64,000 nt of DNA from Alphaproteobacteria bacterium (lineage in GTDB: Bacteria; Pseudomonadota; Alphaproteobacteria; SP197), in assembly GCA_965228895.1 (NCBI GenBank), contig OZ245842.1, forward strand, positions 1,824,001 through 1,888,000. Direction: 5' to 3'. The translations under genes and the position numbers were made by a program. The notes beneath the pieces were generated by a model. It made no database searches and had not been told where the DNA came from. It saw only the letters and a program-made list of their open reading frames with translations. Below, piece after piece: positions 18,178 through 27,647 of the stretch (the stretch's first letter is position 1; every line of letters starts with the position of its first letter).

Positions 18178-20200
18178 AGAGATGATCTCGCGGAATGGTC
18201 TCGTCCCAGCGTCGGTTTGCGACAGGTTCGTCGTTCTCGAACGCTTCGAGCGATGCCTTGATGAAAAAATTCTCGGCATCACAGGTCAAGGTCAGGTGTG
18301 TCTCGGTCCTGACCTTCCAGTCACCGCGCTCGGCCGTGATGATGCGCACGCCTTCGGTGCGGGCCGATGCCGGGTCGCCGTCGCGGATCTTGGATGTCTC
18401 GGTCGCGACCTTGGTCATGGTGAGGTCGATATCGTCGAGGCGGTGGCGGCCGTCGTCTTCGATGTGACTCAGCACCGTCTCGCCCGTGCCGACATCATAG
18501 GAGAGGGTGCGCTTGCTGCTGCCGGGTTCGAGGGTTGTCTGTGCCAGTGGCGCGGAACTTTCGGCCGGTTCGAAGGCTGTGGCCACCGCATCGTCGTCGG
18601 ACGCCATTCGCCGCGGCAGGTCGAGTGACGAGCCCGCCGTGTGCAAGGTCATGGTCACGGGTTCGGGCGACGGCCAGGCGAGCGGCCAATAGCTGGTCGA
18701 GACCGCGAGACGAAGACGGCAGCCCGCCGAAAAGCGATAGGCGACCGAGTTCAAACGAAATGAAATCGTCGTTCGCTCGCCCGGCACCATCGGTTTGGGA
18801 TCGCTGTGGCCGTCACGGTGAGAGAGGTTGAGCAAGCCATAGGTGACCCGTGTGCTCAGACCGTCTGGCCTGACTTCGTTCAGGCGAACGGCGATCATCG
18901 CCTGGGGCCGGTCGACCTCAAGCTCAAACGTGACCTCGGGATAACCCAGGATTTCGAGGTCTTCGGTCAGTGGTTCGCTGTCGAAACACAGCGAGAGCGC
19001 ATCGTCCTTGCGCTGGTCTCCCTGATACTCAGGTCCGACGCCGCCGCCATCTCTGGGACACCATTCGCCCGCCGCCATGCCACAGGTGAGGGGGGAACTG
19101 TGGCTCAGCACCGCTTGGCTTGCGGCGGATGCGCCGAGCGTTCCGTCGCCCAAGGCGAACGTTTCGGCCGCAACGCTTGCCGGTGGCCATGCCGTCTCGG
19201 CAATCCATTGCCCGCCGACGTCGAAATCCATGGGGTGGGCGCGCATGTCTTCCTGCATCCAGACCTGACAGGCGGGCTCTTCCTCAATGCCGTTCTCGAC
19301 ACCTTTGAGCCAGCGGTCCCACCACCTGAGCCCTTCCTGAAGGAAACCCATGGCCGGACCCGGCGTGCCGAAATGCGGGTAGACATGGGTCCACGGACCG
19401 ATCAGAGCGCGGCGCGGCCCCTTCAGGTTATCCATCAGGCGCAGGATCGCATCGGTGTAGCCGTCGGTCCAGCCGCCGACCGCATAGACCGCGCAACCGA
19501 TGGCGTCATAGTCCTCACAGACTGAGCCTTGCTGCCAGAAAGCGTCGCGCCGCTGATGCCGTGTCCAGTCGATCAGCGGGCAGCCCGTTTCAGTCAGGCG
19601 CTTGAGCCACATGTCACGCCAACCCTCGCCGACGACGGTGGGGTCGGGCGCGCGCGACACGACGGCAAAGATGCCGGAACCCCAGCTGACGCCGTCGTTC
19701 AACAGGCAGCCGCCCATGTAATGGACATCGTCGGCGTAACGGTCGTCGGTCGAACAGCAGGTGATGATAGCCTTCAAGGCCGGTGGCCGTCGCGCGGCGA
19801 CCTGGAGGCTGTTGAAGCCGCCCCAGGAGATGCCGATCATGCCGACGGAGCCGCTGCACCACGGCTGATCGGCGAGCCAGGCGATCGCGGCGACCAGATC
19901 GTCCTGTTCGCCTTCGAGGTATTCGTCCAGAAGCAGGCCGCCGGAATCGCCGGAACCCCTGAGATCCAACCGGACCGTCGCGTAACCATGGCCGGCCCAC
20001 CACGGATGAGTCAGCACGTCACCGGACGCCGTGCCGTCGCGGCGCCGGTAGGGGATGGCTTCCAGGATGACGGGCACCGGATCGGTCTCGGCGTCTTCGG
20101 GCAGCCACACCCGCGCGGCGAGCTTGGCGCCGTCGGCCATCGGTACCCAAAGGGTCTCGATCTCACGGATCGGGCGGGGAAAGTCGTGGCGTACGTGCAT
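18176..20200 (-). CDS. CocE/NonD family hydrolase (peptidase S15)
   Basis: PYRRRDGT, RGSGDSGG, GISWGG nucleophile elbow, GGWTDGY, GPWTH. Confidence 0.92.
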   Translation of the reverse strand: MHVRHDFPRPIREIETLWVPMADGAKLAARVWLPEDAETDPVPVILEAIPYRRRDGTASGDVLTHPWWAGHGYATVRLDLRGSGDSGGLLLDEYLEGEQDDLVAAIAWLADQPWCSGSVGMIGISWGGFNSLQVAARRPPALKAIITCCSTDDRYADDVHYMGGCLLNDGVSWGSGIFAVVSRAPDPTVVGEGWRDMWLKRLTETGCPLIDWTRHQRRDAFWQQGSVCEDYDAIGCAVYAVGGWTDGYTDAILRLMDNLKGPRRALIGPWTHVYPHFGTPGPAMGFLQEGLRWWDRWLKGVENGIEEEPACQVWMQEDMRAHPMDFDVGGQWIAETAWPPASVAAETFALGDGTLGASAASQAVLSHSSPLTCGMAAGEWCPRDGGGVGPEYQGDQRKDDALSLCFDSEPLTEDLEILGYPEVTFELEVDRPQAMIAVRLNEVRPDGLSTRVTYGLLNLSHRDGHSDPKPMVPGERTTISFRLNSVAYRFSAGCRLRLAVSTSYWPLAWPSPEPVTMTLHTAGSSLDLPRRMASDDDAVATAFEPAESSAPLAQTTLEPGSSKRTLSYDVGTGETVLSHIEDDGRHRLDDIDLTMTKVATETSKIRDGDPASARTEGVRIITAERGDWKVRTETHLTLTCDAENFFIKASLEAFENDEPVANRRWDETIPRDHL

Positions 20201-20227
20201 GGTGGACGTTGGCCTTCCTCGAAGAAA

Positions 20228-20259
20228 GGGACCGGCGCAATCACTGTCGCGCCGGTCCC
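20228..20259 (-). terminator. Stem-loop after SBP gene (terminator or mRNA-stabilising hairpin)
   Basis: GGGACCGGCGC-N10-GCGCCGGTCCC followed on minus strand by TTTCTT. Confidence 0.6.
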
Positions 20260-20281
20260 GATTGGTAGTCAGCCGCTCCGG

Positions 20282-21868
20282 CTAAACGACGCCGAAATCG
20301 CGGAACAGGTAACTCTCGCCCGACGGCGAAAGGGCGGGCGCCAGGTTGTCGCGATAGAGGAACGCGTTGACGCCATGGGTGACAAAAATATAGGCGCCGT
20401 CTTCCTCCATCATGTCCTGCATCTGGACATAGATGTCGTTGCGCTTCTGGGGATCGGTCTCGGCAACGGCGGCCTCGTGCAGCGTCGCATAGTCGGAACT
20501 GTTCCACCGCTCCCAGTTCCATTCGCCGATCTGCTCGGGCACGAACCAGGCGGTCGCCCAGAACGGATCGGGCGCCATGGAGTAGTTGTTGTAGATCATC
20601 TGCAGATCCTTCCAGGCGTCGCCCTCGGCCTCGATACCGAGGGTCCAGAAGGTGCCGGAATCCATGGGCAGAACCTCGACGTTGATGCCGATCTCCGAAA
20701 GGTTGGCCTGGATCACCTGGGCGACGGCCACTTTGTCGGTCGTGCTCTGGACCGAGAGCGTGGTGTCGAAACCATCCGCCAAGCCGGCTTCGGCGAGCAG
20801 CTCGCGCGCCTCATCCAGGTTCCTTTCGTTATAGATGTTGTTGTCACGGTGACCGATCAGGCCGGGCGCGATAATGCCGGTCGAGCGTTCGGCGACACCA
20901 AAGAATGCGGCTTCGATGATTTGATCGACATCGATGGCAAGCTGGATGGCACGTCGAACCCGCGCGTCGTCGAACGGCGCATGGTCGACGTTCATGCGGA
21001 TCCATTCGTAGTTCAGGGGCGGGCGCACCATCATTTTGGTGTCCGGCGGCAGGTTAGCCTCGAACTGGGGCACCGAGCTGATGGCGATCTGGGTCATGTC
21101 CAGATCACCAGCCTCATAACCGACCTCGGCGGTCTTCTCGTCTTCGATCGGGTAGATCTCGATGACGTCGAAATAGGGTTTCTTGCCGGGCCAGCCGTCA
21201 TGGCGCTCCAGCACCAGCTTCTGGCGCTGATCCCAGGATCGGATCTTGTAGGGACCGGACTGCGCCGGCGGCGTTGTCGTGAAGATCTTGTCCGGCAACT
21301 CCTCGACCGCCTTTTTGCACACGATGGAGCCGGAGCCGTAAGGCATGGTGCTGCGGAACAACGGTGCGAACGGGGCGCTAAGATGGATAACGCCGTTGTA
21401 CTTGTCGATGATCTCGACGGTTTCCAGGGTCGACCAGTCAATCGCGGCCCAGGATTCCAACGCCCCAAGACGCTCGAAGGAGTACTTGACGTCTTCGGTC
21501 GTGAGTTCGCCGTAGCCGTCGGTCCACATGATGTTCGGCATCAGGCGGAACTTGATATCAGTCGGCGAGCTGACGTCGATTTCTTCGGCGGCCTCAAGCT
21601 GCCAATCCCACTCGCTGCCCGGCTTGAATCCGACGAGCTTGTTGAAGATCGCCATCATCACGTCCTGGTCGGCGGACGCGGCGGGGCTATAGGGGTCGAT
21701 GCTTTGGATGTCGGAGTTGCTGCGCACACGAAGGACCTTCTCACCTTCAGCGTTGACATATCGAGGTGCTGCCATCGCGGCGGCCCCCGCCAAAGCGCCA
21801 CGCATGACGCCACGGCGTGTCGCCGCAAACCGACGAGCCCAAGAGTTGTCGAACGTTCTAAAACGCAT
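20282..21868 (-). CDS. ABC transporter substrate-binding protein, family 5 (peptide/opine-like), Tat signal
   Basis: TRRGVMRG Tat motif, DIQSIDP, TEDVKYSFER, SGPYKI, RVRRAIQLAID. Confidence 0.9.
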   Translation of the reverse strand: MRFRTFDNSWARRFAATRRGVMRGALAGAAAMAAPRYVNAEGEKVLRVRSNSDIQSIDPYSPAASADQDVMMAIFNKLVGFKPGSEWDWQLEAAEEIDVSSPTDIKFRLMPNIMWTDGYGELTTEDVKYSFERLGALESWAAIDWSTLETVEIIDKYNGVIHLSAPFAPLFRSTMPYGSGSIVCKKAVEELPDKIFTTTPPAQSGPYKIRSWDQRQKLVLERHDGWPGKKPYFDVIEIYPIEDEKTAEVGYEAGDLDMTQIAISSVPQFEANLPPDTKMMVRPPLNYEWIRMNVDHAPFDDARVRRAIQLAIDVDQIIEAAFFGVAERSTGIIAPGLIGHRDNNIYNERNLDEARELLAEAGLADGFDTTLSVQSTTDKVAVAQVIQANLSEIGINVEVLPMDSGTFWTLGIEAEGDAWKDLQMIYNNYSMAPDPFWATAWFVPEQIGEWNWERWNSSDYATLHEAAVAETDPQKRNDIYVQMQDMMEEDGAYIFVTHGVNAFLYRDNLAPALSPSGESYLFRDFGVV

Positions 21869-22042
21869 GGCATATTCTCCGCTGGATTTTTCGAGACGAT
21901 CGCCGCGCGCGACCGGGACTGTGTCATGCTAGGGCTTGTTATGTAGTCTTACAACGAAATGCGATGTCTGCGGACCACGTGTGCCAAGGATCTCGCTGAC
22001 AACCATCCGTTCCCTTTCGCCCCCTTGTTCAAGAGGTCCGCC

Positions 22043-23539
22043 GTGGACGACAGCAGTGCGATTGATGTGTCGCCCGATACCTTTCAACGCCTTGGCCATG
22101 AGGTGGTCGAACGTATTGCCACGCACCTGGCAGCGACTCGCGATCTGCCCGTCGCGCCCGACACCTCGCCCGGGGCGTTACGTGAACAATTGGGTGACGC
22201 CGGCATGCCCGAGGACGGCGGCGATGCCGCGGCTGCCTTGTCCGGCATCGCCGACCTGTTGTTCGCCAACACCTGCCTCAACGGCCACCCGCGCATGTGG
22301 GGCTACATCACCGGATCGCCGTCGCCGATCGGCGCGTTGGGCGACCTTCTTGCCGCCGCCGCCAACCCCAATGTTGCCGGCTGGAACGGCGCGCCACTGG
22401 CGACAGAGGTGGAGAATCAAACTGTTAAGTGGATTGGTGAATTAGTAGATTTTTCAAGCAATTGTGACGGAATTCTAACGTCAGGCGGCAACGCGGCGAA
22501 CTTCGTCGCCTTGTTGGCCGCGCGGCGGGCGAAAGCCGATTGGGATGTGCGTGCGGAGGGCATGGCGGGCCGCCGCATGACGGTCTACGCGACGTCGGAA
22601 ACCCACGCCTGGCTCGACAAGGCGGCCGATCTCTTTGGATTGGGAACCCAGGCGGTTCGACGTGTCGATACGGACGCCGGCCTGCGCATGGATATCGATC
22701 ATTTGGCACGGCTGGTCGGTGGCGACAGGACTGCCGGCGCTACCCCGTTTCTGGTCGTCGGCTCGGCCGGGACGACGGCGACCGGCGCGGTCGATCCGTT
22801 GCCGCAGATCAGCGCATTCTGTCGCGACAACGACCTTTGGTTCCATGTCGACGGTTGTTATGGCGCGCCGGCAATCCTGGATGAGAGCGCGCCGGCGGCG
22901 CTTGCCGGCATGGCGGACGCGGACTCGCTGGCGATCGATGCGCATAAATGGCTTTACGTACCGCTGGAAGCAGGGTGCACGCTGGTACGTGACGAACGTG
23001 TGTTAACCGATACATTCGCCACCAATCCCTCCTACTACGCGATGGCGTCATCGGATGGTGGCGAACCGGTCGTGGACTACTACGCCATGGGTATCCAGAA
23101 CTCCCGCGCCTTTCGTGCGCTCAAGGTTTGGTTGACGTTGAAGCAAATGGGAAGGGCCGGCTATCGCCGGGCGATCTCCCGCAACATCGCGCAGGCGCAA
23201 CTGATGTTCGGGGCGCTTGCGGAAGCTGACGACTTCGAGATCGCCACGTGCCAGTTGAGCATCACGACCTTTCGCTACGTGCCAGGCGATCTGGCGGACC
23301 GGCGGGGTGAACCCGCCGTTGCGGACTATCTGTACGATCTCAACGCCGCGCTCATGGTGCGCGTCCAGCGCAGTGGTGATCTCTATCTCTCCAACGCTGT
23401 GGTCGACGGCAGGCACCCGCTACGTGCCTGCATCGTCAACTTCCGCACGACCGATGACGACGTTCTCAGTGTGCCCCGGCGTGTGCGCGCTATCGCTGAG
23501 CCGCTCGATCAGGATATGCGGCGCGACCGCGCGTTCTAA
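22043..23539 (+). CDS. PLP-dependent group II decarboxylase (aromatic amino acid/glutamate decarboxylase family)
   Basis: HPRMWGYI, TSGGNAAN, GTTATGAVDPL, WFHVDGCYG, DAHKWL (PLP lysine), SRAFRALK; GTG start after AAGAGG. Confidence 0.9.
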   Translation: MDDSSAIDVSPDTFQRLGHEVVERIATHLAATRDLPVAPDTSPGALREQLGDAGMPEDGGDAAAALSGIADLLFANTCLNGHPRMWGYITGSPSPIGALGDLLAAAANPNVAGWNGAPLATEVENQTVKWIGELVDFSSNCDGILTSGGNAANFVALLAARRAKADWDVRAEGMAGRRMTVYATSETHAWLDKAADLFGLGTQAVRRVDTDAGLRMDIDHLARLVGGDRTAGATPFLVVGSAGTTATGAVDPLPQISAFCRDNDLWFHVDGCYGAPAILDESAPAALAGMADADSLAIDAHKWLYVPLEAGCTLVRDERVLTDTFATNPSYYAMASSDGGEPVVDYYAMGIQNSRAFRALKVWLTLKQMGRAGYRRAISRNIAQAQLMFGALAEADDFEIATCQLSITTFRYVPGDLADRRGEPAVADYLYDLNAALMVRVQRSGDLYLSNAVVDGRHPLRACIVNFRTTDDDVLSVPRRVRAIAEPLDQDMRRDRAF

Positions 23540-24762
23540 CGCTTAATCCGGGCGCCGCCATGGACGTGGCTGGTGCTGCCGACTGATAGGATGGCGACCA
23601 GGAAAAGGCCGCCGGTCAGCCAGAACATGGTGGCCGCGCCGAACGTGTCGAGCACCCACCCGAAGACCGGCGGTGCCGTCACATAGGCGGCCTCCATCGC
23701 GACGGTCATAAAGGCAAAGACCTTGCCGGTCTCGCCCGCCGGGGTGACGCGGCGCACGATCAGGTCGCGCGACGGCGGCACGATACCGGTGGTCAGGCCG
23801 ACGGCGCCAACCAGGACCAACAGGCCCGCCGTGCCGACATCAAGTTCAACGACCAGCACGACAAGGACCGCGGCGATGCCGAAACAGAAACTCGCGACGG
23901 CGCCGTGGTGGTGGGTGTGGTCGGCGACCAGGCCGCCGATCAAGATGCCGACCGCGCTGGCGGCAAAGAAAATGCTGAGCGCGAAGTTGGCGGTTGAAAG
24001 CGGTGTGCCGTGGTATTCGTAGAGCGCGGCCGGCAGGAAACTGTCGAAGCCGATATGGGCGATCGAGATGATCAGGAAAAACAGGAAACACATGATCATC
24101 GGCGGCGACAGCAGGAGCGACAGGCCCGACAACAGCGGCGGCTTCTTGCCGTCTGCGCGCGGTTTGACGTGTCCGGCTTCGCGCTCGTCCCTGAGATCGC
24201 GGCCGTTGACCAGATAGAGCAGGCCCATGGCGATGCCGATGACGCCCGAGACGATCATGGCTGAGCGCCAGTCCCACATGACGAGAGCCAGGCCGATGAC
24301 CGCCGGCGCGACGGCAAACCCGACATGGCCGGCGAAGGTATGGACGCTGAAGGCGCGGCCCAGCCAGCGCGGCGGCACGGTCGCGGACAGGATCGAATAG
24401 TTGGCCGGGTGGAACACCGTGTTGCCGAGCGCATTGGCGATCATCAGGAAGGCAAGCTGCCAATAGGTCGTGGCGAAACCCATGCCCAGCACCGACAGGC
24501 CCAGCAGCACCATGCCGGCGACAAGCACGTAACGCGCGGGCACCCGGTCGCACAGCACGCCGACCGGCATCTGCATGACCATGGCGACAACACCGCCAAT
24601 CGCCATCAAGATGCCGAGTTCGGCATAGTTGACGCCAAACTCCGTGGTCCAGACCGGAAACAGCGGCGGCAGCAGCAGAATCAGGTAGTGGTTGATGCCG
24701 TGCCCCAGGCTGACCAGGCCGACCGACCTGACCGGGCGCGTGCTCATGGTGGCGACTGTCAT
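23536..24762 (-). CDS. MFS transporter
   Basis: About 12 hydrophobic segments, GVLCDRV, FHP, LGRAFSVH motifs. Confidence 0.9.
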   Translation of the reverse strand: MTVATMSTRPVRSVGLVSLGHGINHYLILLLPPLFPVWTTEFGVNYAELGILMAIGGVVAMVMQMPVGVLCDRVPARYVLVAGMVLLGLSVLGMGFATTYWQLAFLMIANALGNTVFHPANYSILSATVPPRWLGRAFSVHTFAGHVGFAVAPAVIGLALVMWDWRSAMIVSGVIGIAMGLLYLVNGRDLRDEREAGHVKPRADGKKPPLLSGLSLLLSPPMIMCFLFFLIISIAHIGFDSFLPAALYEYHGTPLSTANFALSIFFAASAVGILIGGLVADHTHHHGAVASFCFGIAAVLVVLVVELDVGTAGLLVLVGAVGLTTGIVPPSRDLIVRRVTPAGETGKVFAFMTVAMEAAYVTAPPVFGWVLDTFGAATMFWLTGGLFLVAILSVGSTSHVHGGARIKR

Positions 24763-25694
24763 CGTGCGAGCCTAAGCCGGCGCGACAGCGTGGGCCAGAG
24801 TTGCGCGATCAAGACGCCGCTGATGATCAGCAAGCCGCCGATCAAGTGGCCGGTCGTCGGCTGGTGGCCTTCCAACATCGAAATCAACACGACCACGATC
24901 GGCACCAGATTGCTGTAGATGGTGGCGATGGTGACGCCGATGCGGCTGACACCCCAATGCCAGGTGAACAGCGCGATCGAGACCGGTCCGGCGCCGAGGT
25001 AGAGGACAAGCAGGATTTCACGCCACGTGAAACCCATGCGGAAGTCAGCCACGCCGGCGAGCGTCAGGAAGGGCAAAGCCACGAGCAACGTCAGCCCGCC
25101 AATGGCGATCGTGATGGCGGTAATGCCGAGCTGACCCACGTTCGGCATCCAACGTTGTGCGCCGGCGGAGTACCACGTGAACATCGCGATGCCGCAGAAC
25201 ACGAGGAGCTCGCCGCCGCGAAACTCCGCGGCATCACTGCCATCGGGCACCGACGCCAAGACACCGCCGGTAACCGCGACCGCCGCGCCGCACAAGACCG
25301 ACGGCAAGAGGGGGATGTGAAAGACAAACCGCGCCATGAAGGCCGCAATGATCGGCGAGGCTGCGGCGATAATGGACGAGGAGACGGCGCCGGAATACTT
25401 GATGCCGATGGTCATCAGGACCGTCGACACGGCGATGCCGAAGACACCCAGAAACAGACTCATTTTGAGCGGCACGCCCCTCAAGATTCGGCCCTTCGTC
25501 TGCACCATGTAGGCGGTCAGCAAGAACAGCGTGCCCGACAGCAAACGGCCGGCCGTCAGGTAGTACGGATCCCACGTCGCCAGCAGCTCGGCGGTCACGA
25601 TGAAGTGGGTTGCCCACACCGACGTGCCCGCGGCGAGGACCAGATTACCGGCTAGTTTTTGGCGCGCGGTATAGGAAACGGCCGCTGAGGACAT
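24759..25694 (-). CDS. DMT/EamA family transporter
   Basis: About 10 hydrophobic segments in two repeats; ATGA overlap with MFS gene. Confidence 0.85.
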   Translation of the reverse strand: MSSAAVSYTARQKLAGNLVLAAGTSVWATHFIVTAELLATWDPYYLTAGRLLSGTLFLLTAYMVQTKGRILRGVPLKMSLFLGVFGIAVSTVLMTIGIKYSGAVSSSIIAAASPIIAAFMARFVFHIPLLPSVLCGAAVAVTGGVLASVPDGSDAAEFRGGELLVFCGIAMFTWYSAGAQRWMPNVGQLGITAITIAIGGLTLLVALPFLTLAGVADFRMGFTWREILLVLYLGAGPVSIALFTWHWGVSRIGVTIATIYSNLVPIVVVLISMLEGHQPTTGHLIGGLLIISGVLIAQLWPTLSRRLRLAR

Positions 25695-25745
25695 GAGGGC
25701 TGCTTACGCCGCGCCATTGGGATTTGGCAAGTCTTTCCTTGCTAT

Positions 25746-26489
25746 TTATGACATCAAACGCTCGCCGCAAGACGCCAGGATATCGGCAACGCCGTCGCCG
25801 ACACCTTCGCCGCGCCGGTCGCTGCGGATGTAGATGCCTTGGGTCTCGTCGGCGTAATTCTTCATGATCCGCTCGACCTCGGCCTCCGGCCACACGGGTG
25901 TTGGCACGTAGACGGCCGATATGCGGATGTTCATGGATGCGGCCTGACGCGCCAGGCTGTCGGCCAGCGCGTCATCGACACCGGGCGTGTAAAGATCGTC
26001 GACGCCGCCGGGCAGCTGGTCGGTGATCAAGATGACGATGCGCACGTCGCCTTCGAAGGTGCCGTTGAAGTCGCCGATTCGGTACTGGCCGTCGGGCGGC
26101 AGGCGGTTGAGCACGGTGGCCAACGCGTCAGCCGACGCTTCGGGAATCTGTTCGCCGCCCGCCGCGCCCAGGCGTGAGAGGTTGTGGGCGACGGATTCTT
26201 TCTTCGTCGATGGGGTCGGGCTGGCGTTGAGGTCGTCGAGAACCTGAATGTACTCGCGAAACACCACCAGGCCGAGACGGTAGTCACCACCCGAGAGCTG
26301 TTCGATGTCATCGAGTAGACCGATCGCCTGGCGCTGAATGCTGAGCAGGGCACCCCACATGCTGCCGGATACATCCAGGACGAAGACGACATCCATGGAG
26401 CCGCACTGGCGTTCCGGCTGCTGAGCTTGGGTCGCCGTCGTGAAGAGGCTCAGCATAACTGCGGCCGCGATGGAGGAAAGCCAGTTCAT
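25746..26489 (-). CDS. Secreted von Willebrand factor A domain protein
   Basis: Signal peptide (..ATQA-QQ), DVVFVLDVSGSM MIDAS motif, RLGLVVFR, ILITD. Confidence 0.82.
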   Translation of the reverse strand: MNWLSSIAAAVMLSLFTTATQAQQPERQCGSMDVVFVLDVSGSMWGALLSIQRQAIGLLDDIEQLSGGDYRLGLVVFREYIQVLDDLNASPTPSTKKESVAHNLSRLGAAGGEQIPEASADALATVLNRLPPDGQYRIGDFNGTFEGDVRIVILITDQLPGGVDDLYTPGVDDALADSLARQAASMNIRISAVYVPTPVWPEAEVERIMKNYADETQGIYIRSDRRGEGVGDGVADILASCGERLMS

Positions 26490-26560
26490 GGTGCCGACCA
26501 TCTTGCCACAGGTCTGGCACACATCCATGACAACCCTGGCAAGCCATTCAGCGGACCGGT

Positions 26561-27640
26561 TCAGGGAGGCGGGGTGTTCCAGGCGCGGAACGGCTTGCCG
26601 CAGGAGGCCTCCAGGCGTGCGGTGTAGTCAGCCAGCATGGCGGTGCCGGGCATGTTCCTGACGTCGAGCTCGAACGCCCAATCGCCCGCGAGATCGGGCA
26701 ACTGATCCGCCCAGAACCGGCGTTCGGAATCGCTCAAGTGATGAAGTTTGGCGCCGCGGTCGACCATTGTCTCGACCGCCGACTGACCGTAATCGGTTTG
26801 CGAGATGGACAGTTCGCGGCCATAGGCTTCGGCCGCCTCGCGTAACGCGATCTGGACACTCGGGCGTTGGCGGTCGAACCACTCGCGGTTAGCGACCAGG
26901 CCGCCCTCGTAGAGGGCGCCCAGGCCGGCGTCGGTCAGGTAGGGCGCGTCGCCATCGAGCGACAGTCGTTCGATATCGGCTGCATGGGTAATGACGCCGT
27001 CGATCTTGCCGGTTGCCAACCCCACTGCAAAGGTTCGGTCATCGCCGGCCAAAGCCGTGGCGCCGGTTCCCTGCAACCATTCAACCGCGAGTTCCGGTGT
27101 CGAGATCACCTTTCCATCCAAGTCATCAAGCCGTTCTACGGGTGAGGTCGTGGCGAGCAGATAAGGGCCTTCAGCATAGCCGCCGCCCAGGTAGACCAAA
27201 CCGTGACTTGCCCATGCCAGGTCGAGGGCGTCGTACTCGTTGTTCATGGCGTCGATCACCGGACCGATGACGGATGGGGCATCACAGGAAAAGGGCGTCG
27301 CATAACTGACGCTGAGCGGATAGAACGACCAGGGATGGCGGGTCAGGGAGACAAGCGCCACCTGGACCTCGCCCGACGTGACGAGGTCAAAGACCGCACT
27401 CGGTTCGTCGGCAGGTGTCACGGTTGTCCGGTGCCAGCGCACCGGCGTGCTCGACTGGTCGAGGGCGGCGGCAACATGCCGCTCAAAGATGGTGGCGAGC
27501 ATTCGCGTCGCAGGTGCATTTTCGTTTTCGGCAACCGCGAGTGTGATCTCAAGGTTGGCGCCCAACGTGTCGCTGCCGGTCACCAAGACGCCAACCAGGA
27601 CGACGGTCGTGAGATATCTGCTTAGCACGCGCGCCAGCAA
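26561..27640 (-). CDS. TRAP transporter substrate-binding protein (DctP-like)
   Basis: N-terminal hydrophobic leader, PVERLDDLDGK, GLATGKIDG, ANREWFD, ALREAA; start uncertain. Confidence 0.72.
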   Translation of the reverse strand: MLARVLSRYLTTVVLVGVLVTGSDTLGANLEITLAVAENENAPATRMLATIFERHVAAALDQSSTPVRWHRTTVTPADEPSAVFDLVTSGEVQVALVSLTRHPWSFYPLSVSYATPFSCDAPSVIGPVIDAMNNEYDALDLAWASHGLVYLGGGYAEGPYLLATTSPVERLDDLDGKVISTPELAVEWLQGTGATALAGDDRTFAVGLATGKIDGVITHAADIERLSLDGDAPYLTDAGLGALYEGGLVANREWFDRQRPSVQIALREAAEAYGRELSISQTDYGQSAVETMVDRGAKLHHLSDSERRFWADQLPDLAGDWAFELDVRNMPGTAMLADYTARLEASCGKPFRAWNTPPP

Positions 27641-27647
27641 AACCGGC

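Noticed and set aside
19529-21946. 805-aa plus-strand ORF
   Set aside because: Antisense shadow of the SBP and CocE genes, typical of high-GC DNA; no recognisable motifs.
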